64,000 nt of DNA from Camelus dromedarius. Its lineage: Eukaryota. Below are positions 1 to 12,760 of this stretch, one piece after another. Within the stretch, counting starts at the first letter, position 1. The number at the start of each line of letters is the position of its first letter. A model generated the notes under the pieces. The model saw nothing but the letters and a program-made list of their open reading frames with translations, searched no databases and was not told the origin of the DNA. Where the stretch lies: positions 68,202,001 through 68,266,000 of the forward strand of contig NC_087437.1 of the NCBI RefSeq assembly GCF_036321535.1, given 5' to 3'. The position numbers were made by a program, and so were the translations under genes.

Positions 1-3000
1 GAGGTCCACATGTGACCATACTTACCTTATTTTTCACTGCACACACGGAGAGAGAGAGAGCATCCTTTGCACCACCATAGGAATCTATTCTCAAAGGCTG
101 GAGAGCCTACAGACTTAATAGGTTTTCTAAGGTTTTATAGGGTCCCGGACTTCCATTGCCGTTAATTTAATACTTTAATGAAATAGTAAAAGAAAGGAAG
201 TATCCCTTCACACATATGTTATTTTCTAGTAAAAATAACACCCAAGTGGGTGTGTTTTTTTTTTTAATTTGTACCCCACCATAGCCACCTTACTCATAAA
301 ATGATTAAAGTTTCTTTAGGTAGCTAGAAAAAATTTGTCTCCAGTTCAAGTCTCACCACCATGCTGTTCATTCCACCTGTTGCCCCAGCTATCCTGTCCA
401 TGTGGTTGATAGGATGGACTTTAGAAGCTTTCTTTCTGATCTAATAGATCATCCTCTCATAATAGCCTTATGGGGGCTGACAACAAGCAGAACTGTGATG
501 TAGGCAAAATATGTCCTGAGCACTGTGCTCCTCTGATGTCCCATTGCCCTGGGCATTCTCACTGTGACACTGTAGCTTTTTCTCAATATCAAAATGTGCC
601 TGTTTGTTTCCCAGCTCAGGGTCTTGCTACTTGTAGCTAATCTCTTCTTTTTAAGTGTCTGGCTAATTGAATACTTCCTTCTAAGAAAATAATGACCCAA
701 TCCCCCTAATATTTGAGGGATGTGAAGGATGTGAGAGACCACTGAGGGTAACATCTTTGATTAGACATGACTTGGGTTGTCCTGCATGAGTAGGATTGTT
801 GACAGCTTCCTTTAACTCATATTCTATATTTGAGTAAATCATCATAATAATTATATGCAGAACTTAATTTGCCAAGTTTATTCAAATCTTTACGTGGAAT
901 TCCTCATTCAATTCTCACTAATATTTGGAAGGTACTCCTAGTATCACCATCATACAAGAAAATGGTGATTATGGAGATGAAGAAAATTAAAACAGCCAAT
1001 AAGGAGTAAAGCCTGGATTGGTGTAAAAAATAAATGTCTAAAGAGAGGAAAACAAGTGTCTGACAAAGACATTGAAGTAATGGAAGCAGAGGGGCTTTTG
1101 CTCAAGCTACTTCCTTTGCCCAGAGTTGTCTTCTCTCCCATGGTACCTTGTTTCCACCTGCAAAGTTACTAGCTTTTGTGGCCTGGTTTCTGACTCTTCC
1201 TCTCCCTCCCACTACTCTGTTCCCACAGGGACTCTATCCTTACCGATTTTAGAGCACTCACCACCTGTGTCTGGAAGGATTATTTAGGCATCCCTGAACA
1301 ACAGAACTTGAGTTCCCTGAGAGATAGAAATAAGCCTGGTCCATTTTTATCCCCTCGTCACTTTATATGTAGCAGGTGCTCTTTAAAACTTTGTGTGAAA
1401 AAAATCACACGGAAAAGGATTGGGGAAAAAAAAAGACAAAGACATAATGAAATTGCCTGCTTATATTATACTTAAGCCAAAATGCTAGGATTAAAGAAGG
1501 TCAGATGTCATGTGACCTTTAGTGACTAGTCAGGGTTAGCAAAATGCATTTTAGTGGAGAAAATGCTTTTATGATGTAGAAGATGGCAAATTTTTTCTTT
1601 TGCTGTGTCATTATTGATAACATTTTATCACTCTTCACGGAAGCAATCAATTCCATTTCTATTGCTGCCCAGTGGGCTGCTGCAATTCTTACACTGACCT
1701 CTCACTCTTAAGCTTCTACTTTGCATTAGGACCTCTTCAGATAAACGCACAAAGTGTCTGATGATTATATCAGGAGGCTGGTTTCAAGCATTCTATTTTT
1801 ATCTCTGTTGGTCCCCTTATTGTGTCACCTTGGACAAAACACTTAATCCAGGTTTACATGGAAGGTTTTTCATTTAAAAACCATGTCTCATGATAAATTC
1901 TCATCTAGACAGTAGAAAGCAATTTTCGTAAGTGCTTTACTTAATTGGTTTCCATCCACACATGAACTTCCAAGGCTGTTCTTACATATCCCATCAGGCA
2001 ATATTGCCTTCATAATTCTCTGCCTCTCAGGAAGGTACATGTCTCTGGTAGTTTGTCTGTGGCTGCGTAGTTCATTCACTGATGTTTGCTCATTATTCCT
2101 CATGCTCCGTCCCTGGTAGGCAGACAGCAGTGCATTTCTTGTTAGGATTATGAGTTGGCCCTAAAAAGAAACATGGGCGGTGCTATAAATGCTCAATTAC
2201 CTAAAATAGGGACCTAAGTCTGAAAATCTGACCAGTGGAATGCTCTCTTGAGGTAGAAAACAAGATCCTTATCTGAAGAAGAATGTGCAGACCTTCAGGG
2301 CTGTAGACTAGGGAGATGGGAAGATAACTTTGCCTTTAGGCATTATGTTGAGCGTGAACCAGTTTCTGTGGAAGACAAGAGCCAGCCTGGGAGAAAGAAA
2401 TATGGAGCCAGTTGTGTGTTGTTTGTCGCTTATATATTAGTTGAGTGCTAACTCGGCTGAGTATGTCTAATGAGGGTAGGAATCTTGAGGGGGGAGAGAT
2501 CCTCCAGGAGATGATAGCCAAAGGAAATAAGGAAGCATTCTAATTTCTTTTAACCTTGCAGTTTTTTGACGCATTTGCCTTGGCTATTATCCTTAAGTTG
2601 TTTTCCCTTTGTTCGAAGGAATTTTTTTGTGGGTGTTTGTCATCCCGCTACCTCACTTGAGGATTTAGTCCCTCGTCAAAGAATAGAACGAGAATGCAAA
2701 TCCCTGTCTGTGCCTTCATTTACTCCAGTTCTCACTGTTTGTTGGCATGAGCAGTGAATAGGGAGGACTTCCTGAGGCATGGAGAAGAGAGAGAGACATC
2801 ATCTGGGTTGCCAGAGACTAAGCTTATTTTGTCTATGTGATCAGCAAATGTAGAATCTCAAACAGAGCAGATAAGATATATAGTTCCTTTTGTTTATTAG
2901 ACAAGGATTATGCAAAGGGATATTCTCAGGAAAGTCAGCAAAAATCCAATTTATTTCCAAAAGAGTTTCCCGAAAGATGACTGATAAAATTCCTGAAATA

Positions 3001-3129
3001 TGACAAAAAAAAAAAAAAAAAGAGTATGGCCCAACTTTATGCTACTAATGTTTTAGTTTTCTCTAAAAAGACAAAAGAAACCAGACTTGCCTTTTAGATT
3101 TGACTATATTTATATTAATAGCAAATAAG

Positions 3130-3131
<2 letters not shown>

Positions 3132-3178
<47 letters not shown>
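3132..3178. repeat. (AT)n microsatellite
   Basis: Uninterrupted AT dinucleotide run of about 23 units. Confidence 0.98.
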
Positions 3179-3181
<3 letters not shown>

Positions 3182-4119
3182 TGCTCTGTGCTGTGATATT
3201 TTTGAATGACCTTTAGGTACTACTTCTTGTGAAAATATTAAATATTTATCTTCAGCTCACCAGTTTCACCTGTTTAGGTCAACTAACAATATCACAGAGT
3301 ATATTCTGGATATGGGTTCATCCTGCAGCCTTGACTGGAACTATCTGGTGTATTTTGTCCCAGTTTGTTTGGTGGTCCCTTGATACTACCTTGGTTAACT
3401 CCTTTGATTTCCTCATTTCTGAAAGGTGATATTGGAAAGACCTCATTGGCACCTGTCAAATGTTTGACCTCAGAGTCTGATTGATGAGTCTATTCTTGTG
3501 ACTAATGGAGTTATTTACTTATGATATGTATTTAATCCACCTGATAGATGGGAAGGTATACTTACTTGAAAACTAAAGAAACTCTTGTGACTTTTACTGA
3601 GTGGGATAAGATAGGCATTATCTTATACATGCTTCAGAAAGAAAGATGAAACTTGATAGCTAAGCCAATGAGTTATGGTTGAGCTTGTGGAATATCACTA
3701 CTTAGAAAAGTACTGAAACATATATATTAAATAAATAAGTAGAACATTTTTGAAACTGAACTACCTTTCTTAAATAAATAAAAAGAACGTTTTTTCTCTC
3801 TAAAGAAATGGCTGATGAAACATAACTTGCATGGGGTTTTAAAAGGAGTTATCTAATTGTAACATAACTTGTAATTTTAATTTTTTAAGTTAAAATGTAA
3901 ACTATAAAAATAATTGCATCACTGTTTCCACTTCAGAGGAAGTAAATTTCTACTTTACCTTTAGGAAGAGGCAAACCATCTATTCATTTTAAATTCATAT
4001 AATAATCACTCAAGAAGGGATCACGGAGACTGTAATATTAAGGAAGAAACAATCCCTGCATTTAATGAAAAGGTGGTCTAGTGAATAACAGAGGAAATTA
4101 TAATTTATGCATAGAAGGT

Positions 4120-4620
4120 ATGAGTGCTCTGACAGAATCACTTGAGGGTTCAGAGGGTTTCTGGAACACCTAAGGGGTGTTTTAAGAAAATATTGACTTG
4201 GACCTAGGCTTTGAAAGAATATAATTTGAAATGGCAAGTTGAAAAATAATCCAGAAAGATGGTTGAGATTAGATCTCTGAATACTTTTTTTTAACAGACC
4301 AAAGGATTTTAAATGGATTTGGTAAATGTTAGGAAGCCAATGCATGAGTTTAAGAATAATATGATCAGAGCTATAGTTAAGGAAATTTATGTGAGTATCT
4401 TACTTTGGTCACATCAAGACAACAGGGAAATCTTGGAAGCAGTAAGAATAATTATGAAATGACTGAAATAACCTAATAAGGCCTGAATTTGGATGACTGA
4501 CCTGAGAATGGTGAATTCGTGAGGGACTCCAGGTTAACGGGAACCTGGCAACTCATTGAATGGAGGAAGCAAAGAGTCAGGAATGACTTTGACGCTGTGA
4601 TTCTGGGAGTGCTTGGTGGT
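4120..4620 (-). mobile_element. L2 LINE fragment
   Basis: Purine-rich L2 antisense motifs (ggaagccaatgcatgagtttaag...atgatcagagct; aaagagtcaggaatgactt). Confidence 0.6.
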
Positions 4621-4964
4621 TAATGGTAGCAAACTTCTAGCCCCAAATTTATGAGAGGTAATTGGTTCACTCTGGCGTATCCTACCCATCTGGCCATCAG
4701 AAACATGCACTTATTGCCAATGAGCTGGTAGGTAGATATTACTGAAGTGAAAACTTAATCCAGTTTTTCAACTTCTGTAAACCCTGTGGCAGTTAGAGCC
4801 TATCTCTAAATTTATACAAATAGCTTTTGATGTAAAATCTTCCAGAACTGTTTTCCAAAAATCTCTTATATTTTCCTCTGAACAATTTAACCAATATATA
4901 TGTTTAAGTTTTTTTAAAGCTAGGTTTCAATAAGCTTCATGACAAGTATATATAGACTTTGAAA

Positions 4965-5125
4965 AGCCTGGAGAGAAAGTGACAAATCACCTAATTTAAA
5001 GCTTTATTTTGAAGTTGTGGGAACCGAGGCCTAGAGAGGCAAAGAAAGTACATATCTACAATCACTCAGTGACAGAAATTAGCTCCTGGCTCCTAACTTC
5101 AAGTCTTGCGCTCTTTCCAGAATAT
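4965..5125 (-). mobile_element. MIR SINE fragment
   Basis: Core-like gggaaccgaggcctagagagg...ctcctaacttcaagtc...gctctttcca. Confidence 0.6.
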
Positions 5126-6339
5126 ATATATTAGATTGAACCATATGTAACTGTAATTCTTAAGGGTCAAAATTTTTAGAGTATCAGAAACTACAACCTA
5201 CTAACAAAACATCTGATAAATGTAAATATGTGACTGCTCATATATCAGCTAGAATTTCTCTAATAAGACCTGGCTCATCCATATATTTAGTTAGGGAGTA
5301 ATTTCAGTGACAAGTGGCAGGCACAGATTAAAGTCTTTATTAGAAATCTGGCAAAGCAGTAAACAACCTTGGTGGCACATTTATTTGCAGGACACTGACC
5401 AGGAAGGTGCTGCAACACACTGAAGCTTGAGAAAGCAGAAATTGTTTAGGATCAGAGACCCAAAAGAATAGAATTAAACTTTTGAAAAAAATCAAGGCAA
5501 TGCATTTGGGGAAACATAATGCAAGCCATAGAGTTTTTGGTCTATAAGCCACAGGAAGGTCAACATCTGTTCTAGAAAAAAGGCAAAATATATAGTGTTG
5601 TGTAAGTGTGTTAATAAGGCTGGTGTTCAACAGGCCATGAGGTAGGTACCCAAGCCACCAGGTGGTTAAGACTTTGTCATTTGGGAGACTACAGAGTGGA
5701 AGAAATGGCAGGAATCGGTAGATTTTGATGTCAGTATTGAAAGCAGGGGCCAGAGGCTGAAGGGTAGAGGGGCCCAATAGTTGTGGCTTGATGGTAAAGA
5801 TTTGCAAAATTTGATATTTCAAATTAATTAAATATTTATGCCCTTGATGGATAGAAATAGTCCTTGCTTCTGGATAAACATACATCACACATTACAAACA
5901 CAAATTAAACTAAACAAAACTAAAAACTTGAGAGGTGTGTATCCTAATTTTACAGATCAGGAAAGTGAGTCCCTCAGAGGAGAAGTGAAGGGTAAAACTT
6001 CACAGACCAGAGAAGGACAGAGCCTTTCCTTCATAACTCTTTCCCACTGGGTCATGTCCCAAATGGAGTTTTTTTGATTTTTCAGAGAGTAGAATATGTT
6101 ATAGTCCAACACAGTGGAAACCACTAGGGAGTCATGTGGTGAAAGGAACATGACTGGGGCTAGTGAAGGAGGAATTGTCATGGAGTGTGTATTATAAGAG
6201 CCTTAGAACAGTCCTGTCCTATACAACTTTGCATCTCAATGAAAAAGAAGGGCTCCCTCAAGCAGAGAGAAAATAGGACGCTTGCCTTCATTCTTTGGAG
6301 AAGTAAGGATCTCTCTTACAATTACACTTGGTTCAGGGG

Positions 6340-6505
6340 CACAAGCACTACCCTGGGTGGGGATTAGGAGGCCAGGGACTATTACTGGCTGTCCCAGTAA
6401 TCTGCTCTGTGACCCTGGACATACCTTTTCACCTCTTGGTTTCTTCATCAAGGAGATTGGACTGAAAGAATTTTAAGGTACCTCTTAGCTCTAACATGAT
6501 GAGAA
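6340..6505 (+). mobile_element. MIR3/MIRc-like SINE
   Basis: ctgtgaccctggac...gtttcttcatc...ttggactgaaagaattttaaggtacctcttagctcta matches the MIR core plus a MIR3-type tail. Confidence 0.6.
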
Positions 6506-6551
6506 TTCAGGAGCAAGAATATACTCTCCTTGTTGAATCTTTTCACCTCTT

Positions 6552-6576
6552 TTTTTTTTTTCTTTTTTTTTTTTTT
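6552..6576 (-). mobile_element. Poly(A)-only retrotransposition scar with 14-bp TSD
   Basis: TCTTTTCACCTCTT at 6538-6551 and 6577-6590 flanks a T tract. The empty site reads TT|AAGA on the minus strand, like an L1 endonuclease site. Confidence 0.75.
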
Positions 6577-8747
6577 TCTTTTCACCTCTTAATGAAGCTG
6601 ATGCTGACTGAAAGGATTTGCTAAGAATGGTTAGTTATCATTCTCTGTGGCTTCCTGGTCTGCCCATCCACATGTAGGTAAGTAGATTTCCACCGCCTCC
6701 TAACCATGCCTCTGTGTCTCAGTGAGGAGCAGACTACCTCCCTCTGTTGGAAAGGAATGTTGTGTAAACTGGCTTTCTCAGCATCCTCTGCAGCTGGGGT
6801 ATAAGCCTACGACCAGCTCTTTGATGATCAAGTGTCCTGGGACTACCAGTTATCCTTTTGGATTAGACACCTCAAGAAGGAAATGGTCCAAGTACTCTCT
6901 CTCTGAAGGTCGTCTTTTTTCCACATCAGAACCAATCCTAAGGTATATATGGGACATTTTTTTTCCAGGCAATCTTAAAACTTGTTTTCCAGCCCTATCA
7001 TCTATTTTGTGATCTGCTTGTATTTACTTTTAATAAATCACCACATCTTGTCCGTCAAGGCTTTCTTTAAGTTTTGTCATCTACTTCTGTTACATCACTT
7101 GAATGCTTACACCATCAGAACTTGTCTCATCTCTTTCTCTCTTTTTTTTTTTTTTTTTGACAAGCGTATTGCTTATACTTAATTTTATCCTGCTTTTATT
7201 GTCATCTAAATATGCAATTAGACTTTTAGTTCTGGAGGACAAGTTTTTTTTTTTCCTGTGATATCTAATAGGATGCTTTTTATTCATTCATTTATGCCTC
7301 AAGTGTCAGAGAGCACCTTTGTCACTTAATGATGAGAATAATGAAACTACATCTTCAATCCAGGAACTGGAGGCAATGGAAGTAAATTTCCTGAATCTGT
7401 TTTTTGAACTGATGGGTTCCTTTGTCACAGTCTTCAGTTTTAAAACTGCCCTAAGCTCTTGCTACTTTATTTTGCTCTTTGACCTTTAAATCTTAGTTCT
7501 TCCCTATGAAATAGTAAAGATTGGACAACATAACTAATTATGACAGAACTTGATTCAGAAAAGCCTCAAATAAATATTACCATGGGGGCCTTGTGAAGAA
7601 TTATGTTTTAAATAGAAGCAGATAAGTTGATCATGAAAAGAAAAGAATCATGGAAAAATGGCAAAAGTGACTCTAGGGAACCTATTAAAGAAAATATATT
7701 AGTGTATTCACTGAAAAGGGTAGTTGGGTGAAATTTTCCAAATAGGTAAAATCACTTAAATGCTAAAAGGAAATAACCTAAATAATTCTTTTACTCAGCA
7801 TAAAGGGGCAGAGTTAGATACTTAGAAAATAAAATATCTTCAGTGCAACAGCCAAGGGATTAGGACTGAGTCTCTCCACACACTGGAGGGGTAGAGTGAA
7901 AGATGCACTGAGCATTTCCACACTACCTTTCCCTGATAAGTGTCCCCCCATCATCAGAATTCTTAGACTACCCCATAAAGAAATTGCTTCTGATCCTGTT
8001 TTTCTACCGGGGGAGTCTAAGACACATAGAGATTGTTATCTGAGCAAATTCATGTCCAAGTAGATCCAAGATTTCTTGACCCTAAGGTCAACTATTTGTC
8101 CTCAAGAAGAATCCGCCTTTCTCAGATGGATATCTAGAGACAGTGTATTGGATAGCCATGATCCCTGCCCTGGAGGAGTTTGTGACTTAATGTGAAAGGC
8201 AGGACCAACATACAAAAAAAGTCTCTATTTAGACCAGGAAGAGACAGAGAAACTGGCACACATAGAAGAAACTATAGGTCTGCCTCAACATCTGTGTCTC
8301 TATGTGTGTGTTTATGTTTTTAACACACTCATACAAATCCACTGACTAATAAGATTAAGTCTGGAACATTTTCAAAAACAAAATTAACTTTGAACATAAT
8401 TGTAGAAGACAGTGAGAGATACAGTGGGACCAAAACCAAAGTATCTTTCAGAAATGAGGAAGCAAAATATTGTTCAGCTAGGCATTTCATCCCTCAGCAT
8501 TTTATCTTCCTGTGTCTCTGTTCCCGTGACAGATCTACTGGGATGAGGAAGGTCACCCACACTCCTGATTTCTGGTTATGCCCACAGGTCTGCTGAACTC
8601 TATCATTCTGAACTGTTGTCACTAACACCTTTCCACCTCTCCATGGTTTTTGTGTGTACCTGAATGTGACGATTTATTAATGTAAGGTAGAAGACAAGAC
8701 TAGGTCCTTCTGTGCCCCAGCCTACAGAGCTTTAGTGCTTGCATTCT

Positions 8748-8995
8748 TTTTTTAATATAGATTTTTTTAAATTGATGTATAGTCAGTTTACAATGTTGTG
8801 TTAATTTCTGGTGTATAGCATAGTGATTCAGGTATACATATATTATATATATATATATTTCTTTTTGTATTCTTTTTCATTATAGGCTGTCACAAGCTAT
8901 TGAATATAGTTGACTGTGCTATACAGTAGCAACTTGTCGTTTACCTATTTTATATATAGTAGTTAGTATCTGCAAATCCCAAACTCCCAATTTAG
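8748..8995 (-). mobile_element. Young 5'-truncated L1 3' end (cetartiodactyl/camelid type) with 15-bp TSD
   Basis: attgatgtatagtcagtttacaatgttgtgttaatttctggtgtatagcatagtgattcag...ctgtgctatacagtag. Perfect TSD TAGTGCTTGCATTCT at 8733-8747 and 8996-9010. Confidence 0.92.
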
Positions 8996-10284
8996 TAGTG
9001 CTTGCATTCTAAGGAGGCCTGCAGTGGCACTCCAATTTATTGAAGCATGTCCACTGATACAGGATGCACTTTGTTTTAAAATGTGGTTTTCAGGGACATT
9101 TTTTAAGCCCTGAAGACAACCTAAGAGCATCCACTGGGATGTAGCAGCTGACTTGCTTTACTCCCTTTTGATGTGAGGTCGAGTTTAAAGTGAACTACAG
9201 ACAATAATATGGGAATGCGACAGCATTTTATTGCAAAATGGATTGTTTGGGGTGTTTCATAAAGCTTTATAGGAGCCAAAGGAGAAAATGAAATGGATTG
9301 TGGCATCCAGGAGAGACGATGGGTCAATATACACCCACAGAGAGATTGCCCTATTCCTCCTCCCAATCTAACCCTAATTCCTTTTCTCTTCCCTCTCCTC
9401 TCCACATGTACATGCCAAAGGAGTAATGTTTCTCCACAAAGGTAGCAGACCTTAAGGACTTGAAAAAGAGTCCGTGCCTGTGTCCACCCGATCAAGCGAT
9501 AATTCCGCCAGCTCCTGCAATTGTTGAGCCTTTGTGACTGAGAAGTGTTGTGAAGCCATCAGCTGTATGAAGGGTGGACCAGAAGTGCTGTATAGGCTAT
9601 GGAACATTGTGGAAAATGAAGGAGAGAGAGGAAATGAGACTTTTTCTGTTTTCTAGGATCAGCATTTTCCCAAACAGAACCCAAGATGTGAATAAAATGA
9701 CTCATGCATTTTAAAGCAATGTTCGGATTTTGATGAGAGGCATGCGGGTGTCGAGGCATTCTGGTCTCAGGATGCAATTTAGAATAAAGACAGAAAGTGA
9801 CATGCGCGCACGTTGTCAGCCTGGGGCAGACAGCCAGAATGAAAAAGAGTGAGGGGAAAGGTGTGAGATGGCTAATTTTTACTGCATTATCTCAGAATCA
9901 TCTTAGATTTCATGGGTGTGTGATGACTCACTTTCTGCCACAGTGCCAAGGGGTAGCTTTGAGAGATATAAATGATGAGATTGTTCATAAATGTGGGATA
10001 ACGGTGCTGTTCTTGGCAGGGGTGCAGAGGATACAGTATAAAGTTAAATTGAAAGAGGCACCAAGCCATCCTGGGAATCCTCGGGTATGCCAATATCAAA
10101 GCAACGAGTTTAAAAAGAAATAAAAAGGAAGGAGATGTAGATCACTCTGTCCACAGGGACTAAAAGTAGAATCAAGATGTAGACACTGATACTCTATCAA
10201 AAACCAACAAACTGTAGTATCTTTGGAAATAGGAGCTTTGTCTGTCTTGTTAACTTGAAATCTCTGCCATCAGAGCAATCACTG

Positions 10285-10705
10285 GTGTCAATTCAAGTCG
10301 TCCTAGAAGCAGAGGTGTCGAGACAGGATTGGAAGTGCAAGAGATTTAGGTGGGAAAGGCCTGTGTGGATAAAAGGGAAAAAAGGAGTCGGCTTTCTGTC
10401 TGCAGTGCTGAAAGGAGACTCAGGAGGAAAGATTTTGTTGGAAGAGCTCTAGGCTGCAGCACAGTTCTGGGAGAAATCTTGGCTAGGCTGGTGGAAACCA
10501 GAAAGTTGCCTGTTAGAGAAGTCCAGTAGTGATGGGTCAGAATCTGTATCCCTGCTCTGCTCATGCATCAGCTGGGAAGAGCCTGGAGGTGAGGTGGCCT
10601 TGGCAAGAATGAAGTGGTTGATTCAAAGGGGTAGCAGCCAGAGAGGGCAGTCAACTCTATTCTCTAAAAAGGCAAGTTCTCTAGAAGTACATCTGAGTGC
10701 CACAC
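10285..10705 (-). mobile_element. ERVL LTR16-family solo LTR
   Basis: cctagaagcagaggtgtcgagacaggattggaagtgcaagagattta... and ggctgcagcacagttctgggagaaatcttggctaggctg resemble LTR16 antisense. Confidence 0.65.
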
Positions 10706-11149
10706 TTGGGGCTTCAAACTAATGCTATTTACACTTTGACTGAATCAAACCATTTAAAGCCAATGTCTTAAGACAAGTCTTTCTGGATTTACACACATTT
10801 TTCCTGTTTCCTGCTACCCTTAGATGTCACCTCTTCCTTTTAAAAGCTGCTATAAGTTATGGGATTTCACTTAACAAATATTTATGGTGGAAGGGTTGTG
10901 ATTTAATCCAAGAGTAGAACCTGCCTTTAGGGTGACCCTGTAGAGTAGGAGGGGTGTCCCATGCGCGCCTATCTCTTCTAAAACCTTGGTTCATAAGTTT
11001 TGCTATATTCTCACATACATTTTAAAAGAAAGTAGTTAGTTTTTTCTGCTTATAAATATACTCAAGTGTTCTTTGTATTGTTAAAAAATAAAAAAAAATT
11101 CCGGCCCATTCACTTTTTGTGCTGTCATTGTATTTTATTCCTTACATGT

Positions 11150-11860
11150 TGGCACTATCCTGGGATCAGTCTTTAACTCTCCTCTATTCTCTGTCTGGTT
11201 ATGTGTTAATATATCTGAAATTTGTATCTCTAGCCAGGAATTCTTTGCTACACTTCAGACCTTTTTATCCAATTGCCACCTGAACAATTCCGTCTGAATA
11301 GCTCACAGGAAACTCAAAATCAGAATGGCCAAAACTGAATTCATCGCTTCATACCGAAACCTTCATTTCCAATAAAAAAAAATCAACCCTAGTTTCTTTG
11401 TCTCCTAAATATCTCTGTTCCATTTTCTTTGCTCCATTCCTCCTGATTCAGACTTGATTTAGTCCCTTTGAATTTCTCACCAGGATTATCCTAGAAGGCC
11501 CCTTACTTTTCTCCTTGATGTGAGCGGTGCTTATCTCTAAACCATTTTGTACATAGCCACCAAAGTAACCTTTTCAAACAAAATATGTGTATGTCACTCC
11601 TTGGCTTAAAATTATCCAAAGACCTAGGATAAATTTTCATTCCTTAACATGACACAAGGTCCTCCCTCCCCATCTCTCCTCCTGCCCTCCAGATGTACTT
11701 TGTACCCATCTTTGTGGAATTGCTTCGAGTTCTCTACAAGATGGTGCTTGGAAACCTCTGTTCTGGGGACGACCCTGTCAGAGTTGTGTTGTGCCCCAAT
11801 GTGTCTCACATACTCTCTTTAGAAATCGAGTTACTCGTAATTTGAGATCACTTCCTCAGA
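11150..11860 (+). mobile_element. L2 LINE fragment
   Basis: aaactcaaaatcagaatggccaaaactgaattcatc and atgtcactccttggcttaaaa are L2 motifs. Confidence 0.75.
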
Positions 11861-12419
11861 TCATGGCAGGGATAGCTACTTGATAAGGCCATGCTAAGAA
11901 ATTTCAACTTGGAATCAGAAGTTGGTGGCCAAGTAGATGAGCCTGATCAATCAAGACTTGGATTTAAATATAAAATAAAATATATTAAAGTATTACTATT
12001 AGTCAGGCCCTGTGCTAAGTGATTGTATGTATAACATCTAGTCTGCATAACAAACATTTTAGCATATATTAAGGTAAAAGAGTCTTAATATCAACATAGA
12101 GTGGCTGTTAGCTAGAAATAATTAAGATCTTGCCCTTCTGTCCTCCATTTGTCACCAAGGGTTTGACATAATAGTCACCTAAATGCAGAATGGTTTGAAT
12201 CTCAAGATACCTCATGTAGATTTTCCTTTTGTGACTTCCTTTAATTTGGTTCAGTGGTTTTCAAACTTAAATGTGTTAAAGTTATTATACAGGATGATAT
12301 AAATGAAAATAAAATATATGTTACATTTCATGCAAAAATTTTGGGACTTCCATGGGTAATTTTTACTGCAAGCAGATTTTCCTTACATTCTTTGACACTG
12401 AAGGGATCTTATGTTTGTT

Positions 12420-12760
12420 GGATTTTCTCTGCTGGGAACTCTATACCATCCATACATGTTCCTCTACACTGACCAGATATCTTCTATTCAAATAACACCC
12501 TCTTTGGATAGTCTTACTTGGCTGTTCCTTCCCCTTCTCCCACCATCCAAAGTGCATTATCTGGCCACCCCCACCCCACCTTCTGCTGCAGTCCTATGGC
12601 CATCTGTCAGTCTAGCTCTTTGTAAGCCTTAGTTTTCTTACTTCTCCCCAGATGGGCTGTGAGTTCTTTGACAGTTGAGATCATGAGTGTAGACAATTCT
12701 GTGGCATGTAGGATGATGCTTGTCATGTGGTAGTTCTCAACTAAGGTGTGTTGAATGAAA
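12420..12760 (+). mobile_element. L2 3' end
   Basis: ggctgtgagttctttgacagttgagatc...gttctcaactaaggtgtgttgaatgaa. Confidence 0.55.

Noticed and set aside
5340..5888. Longest ORF in the track (182 aa, minus strand)
   Set aside because: No recognisable domain, and the Leu/Phe-rich composition is typical of non-coding AT-rich DNA. I found no supporting exon structure.
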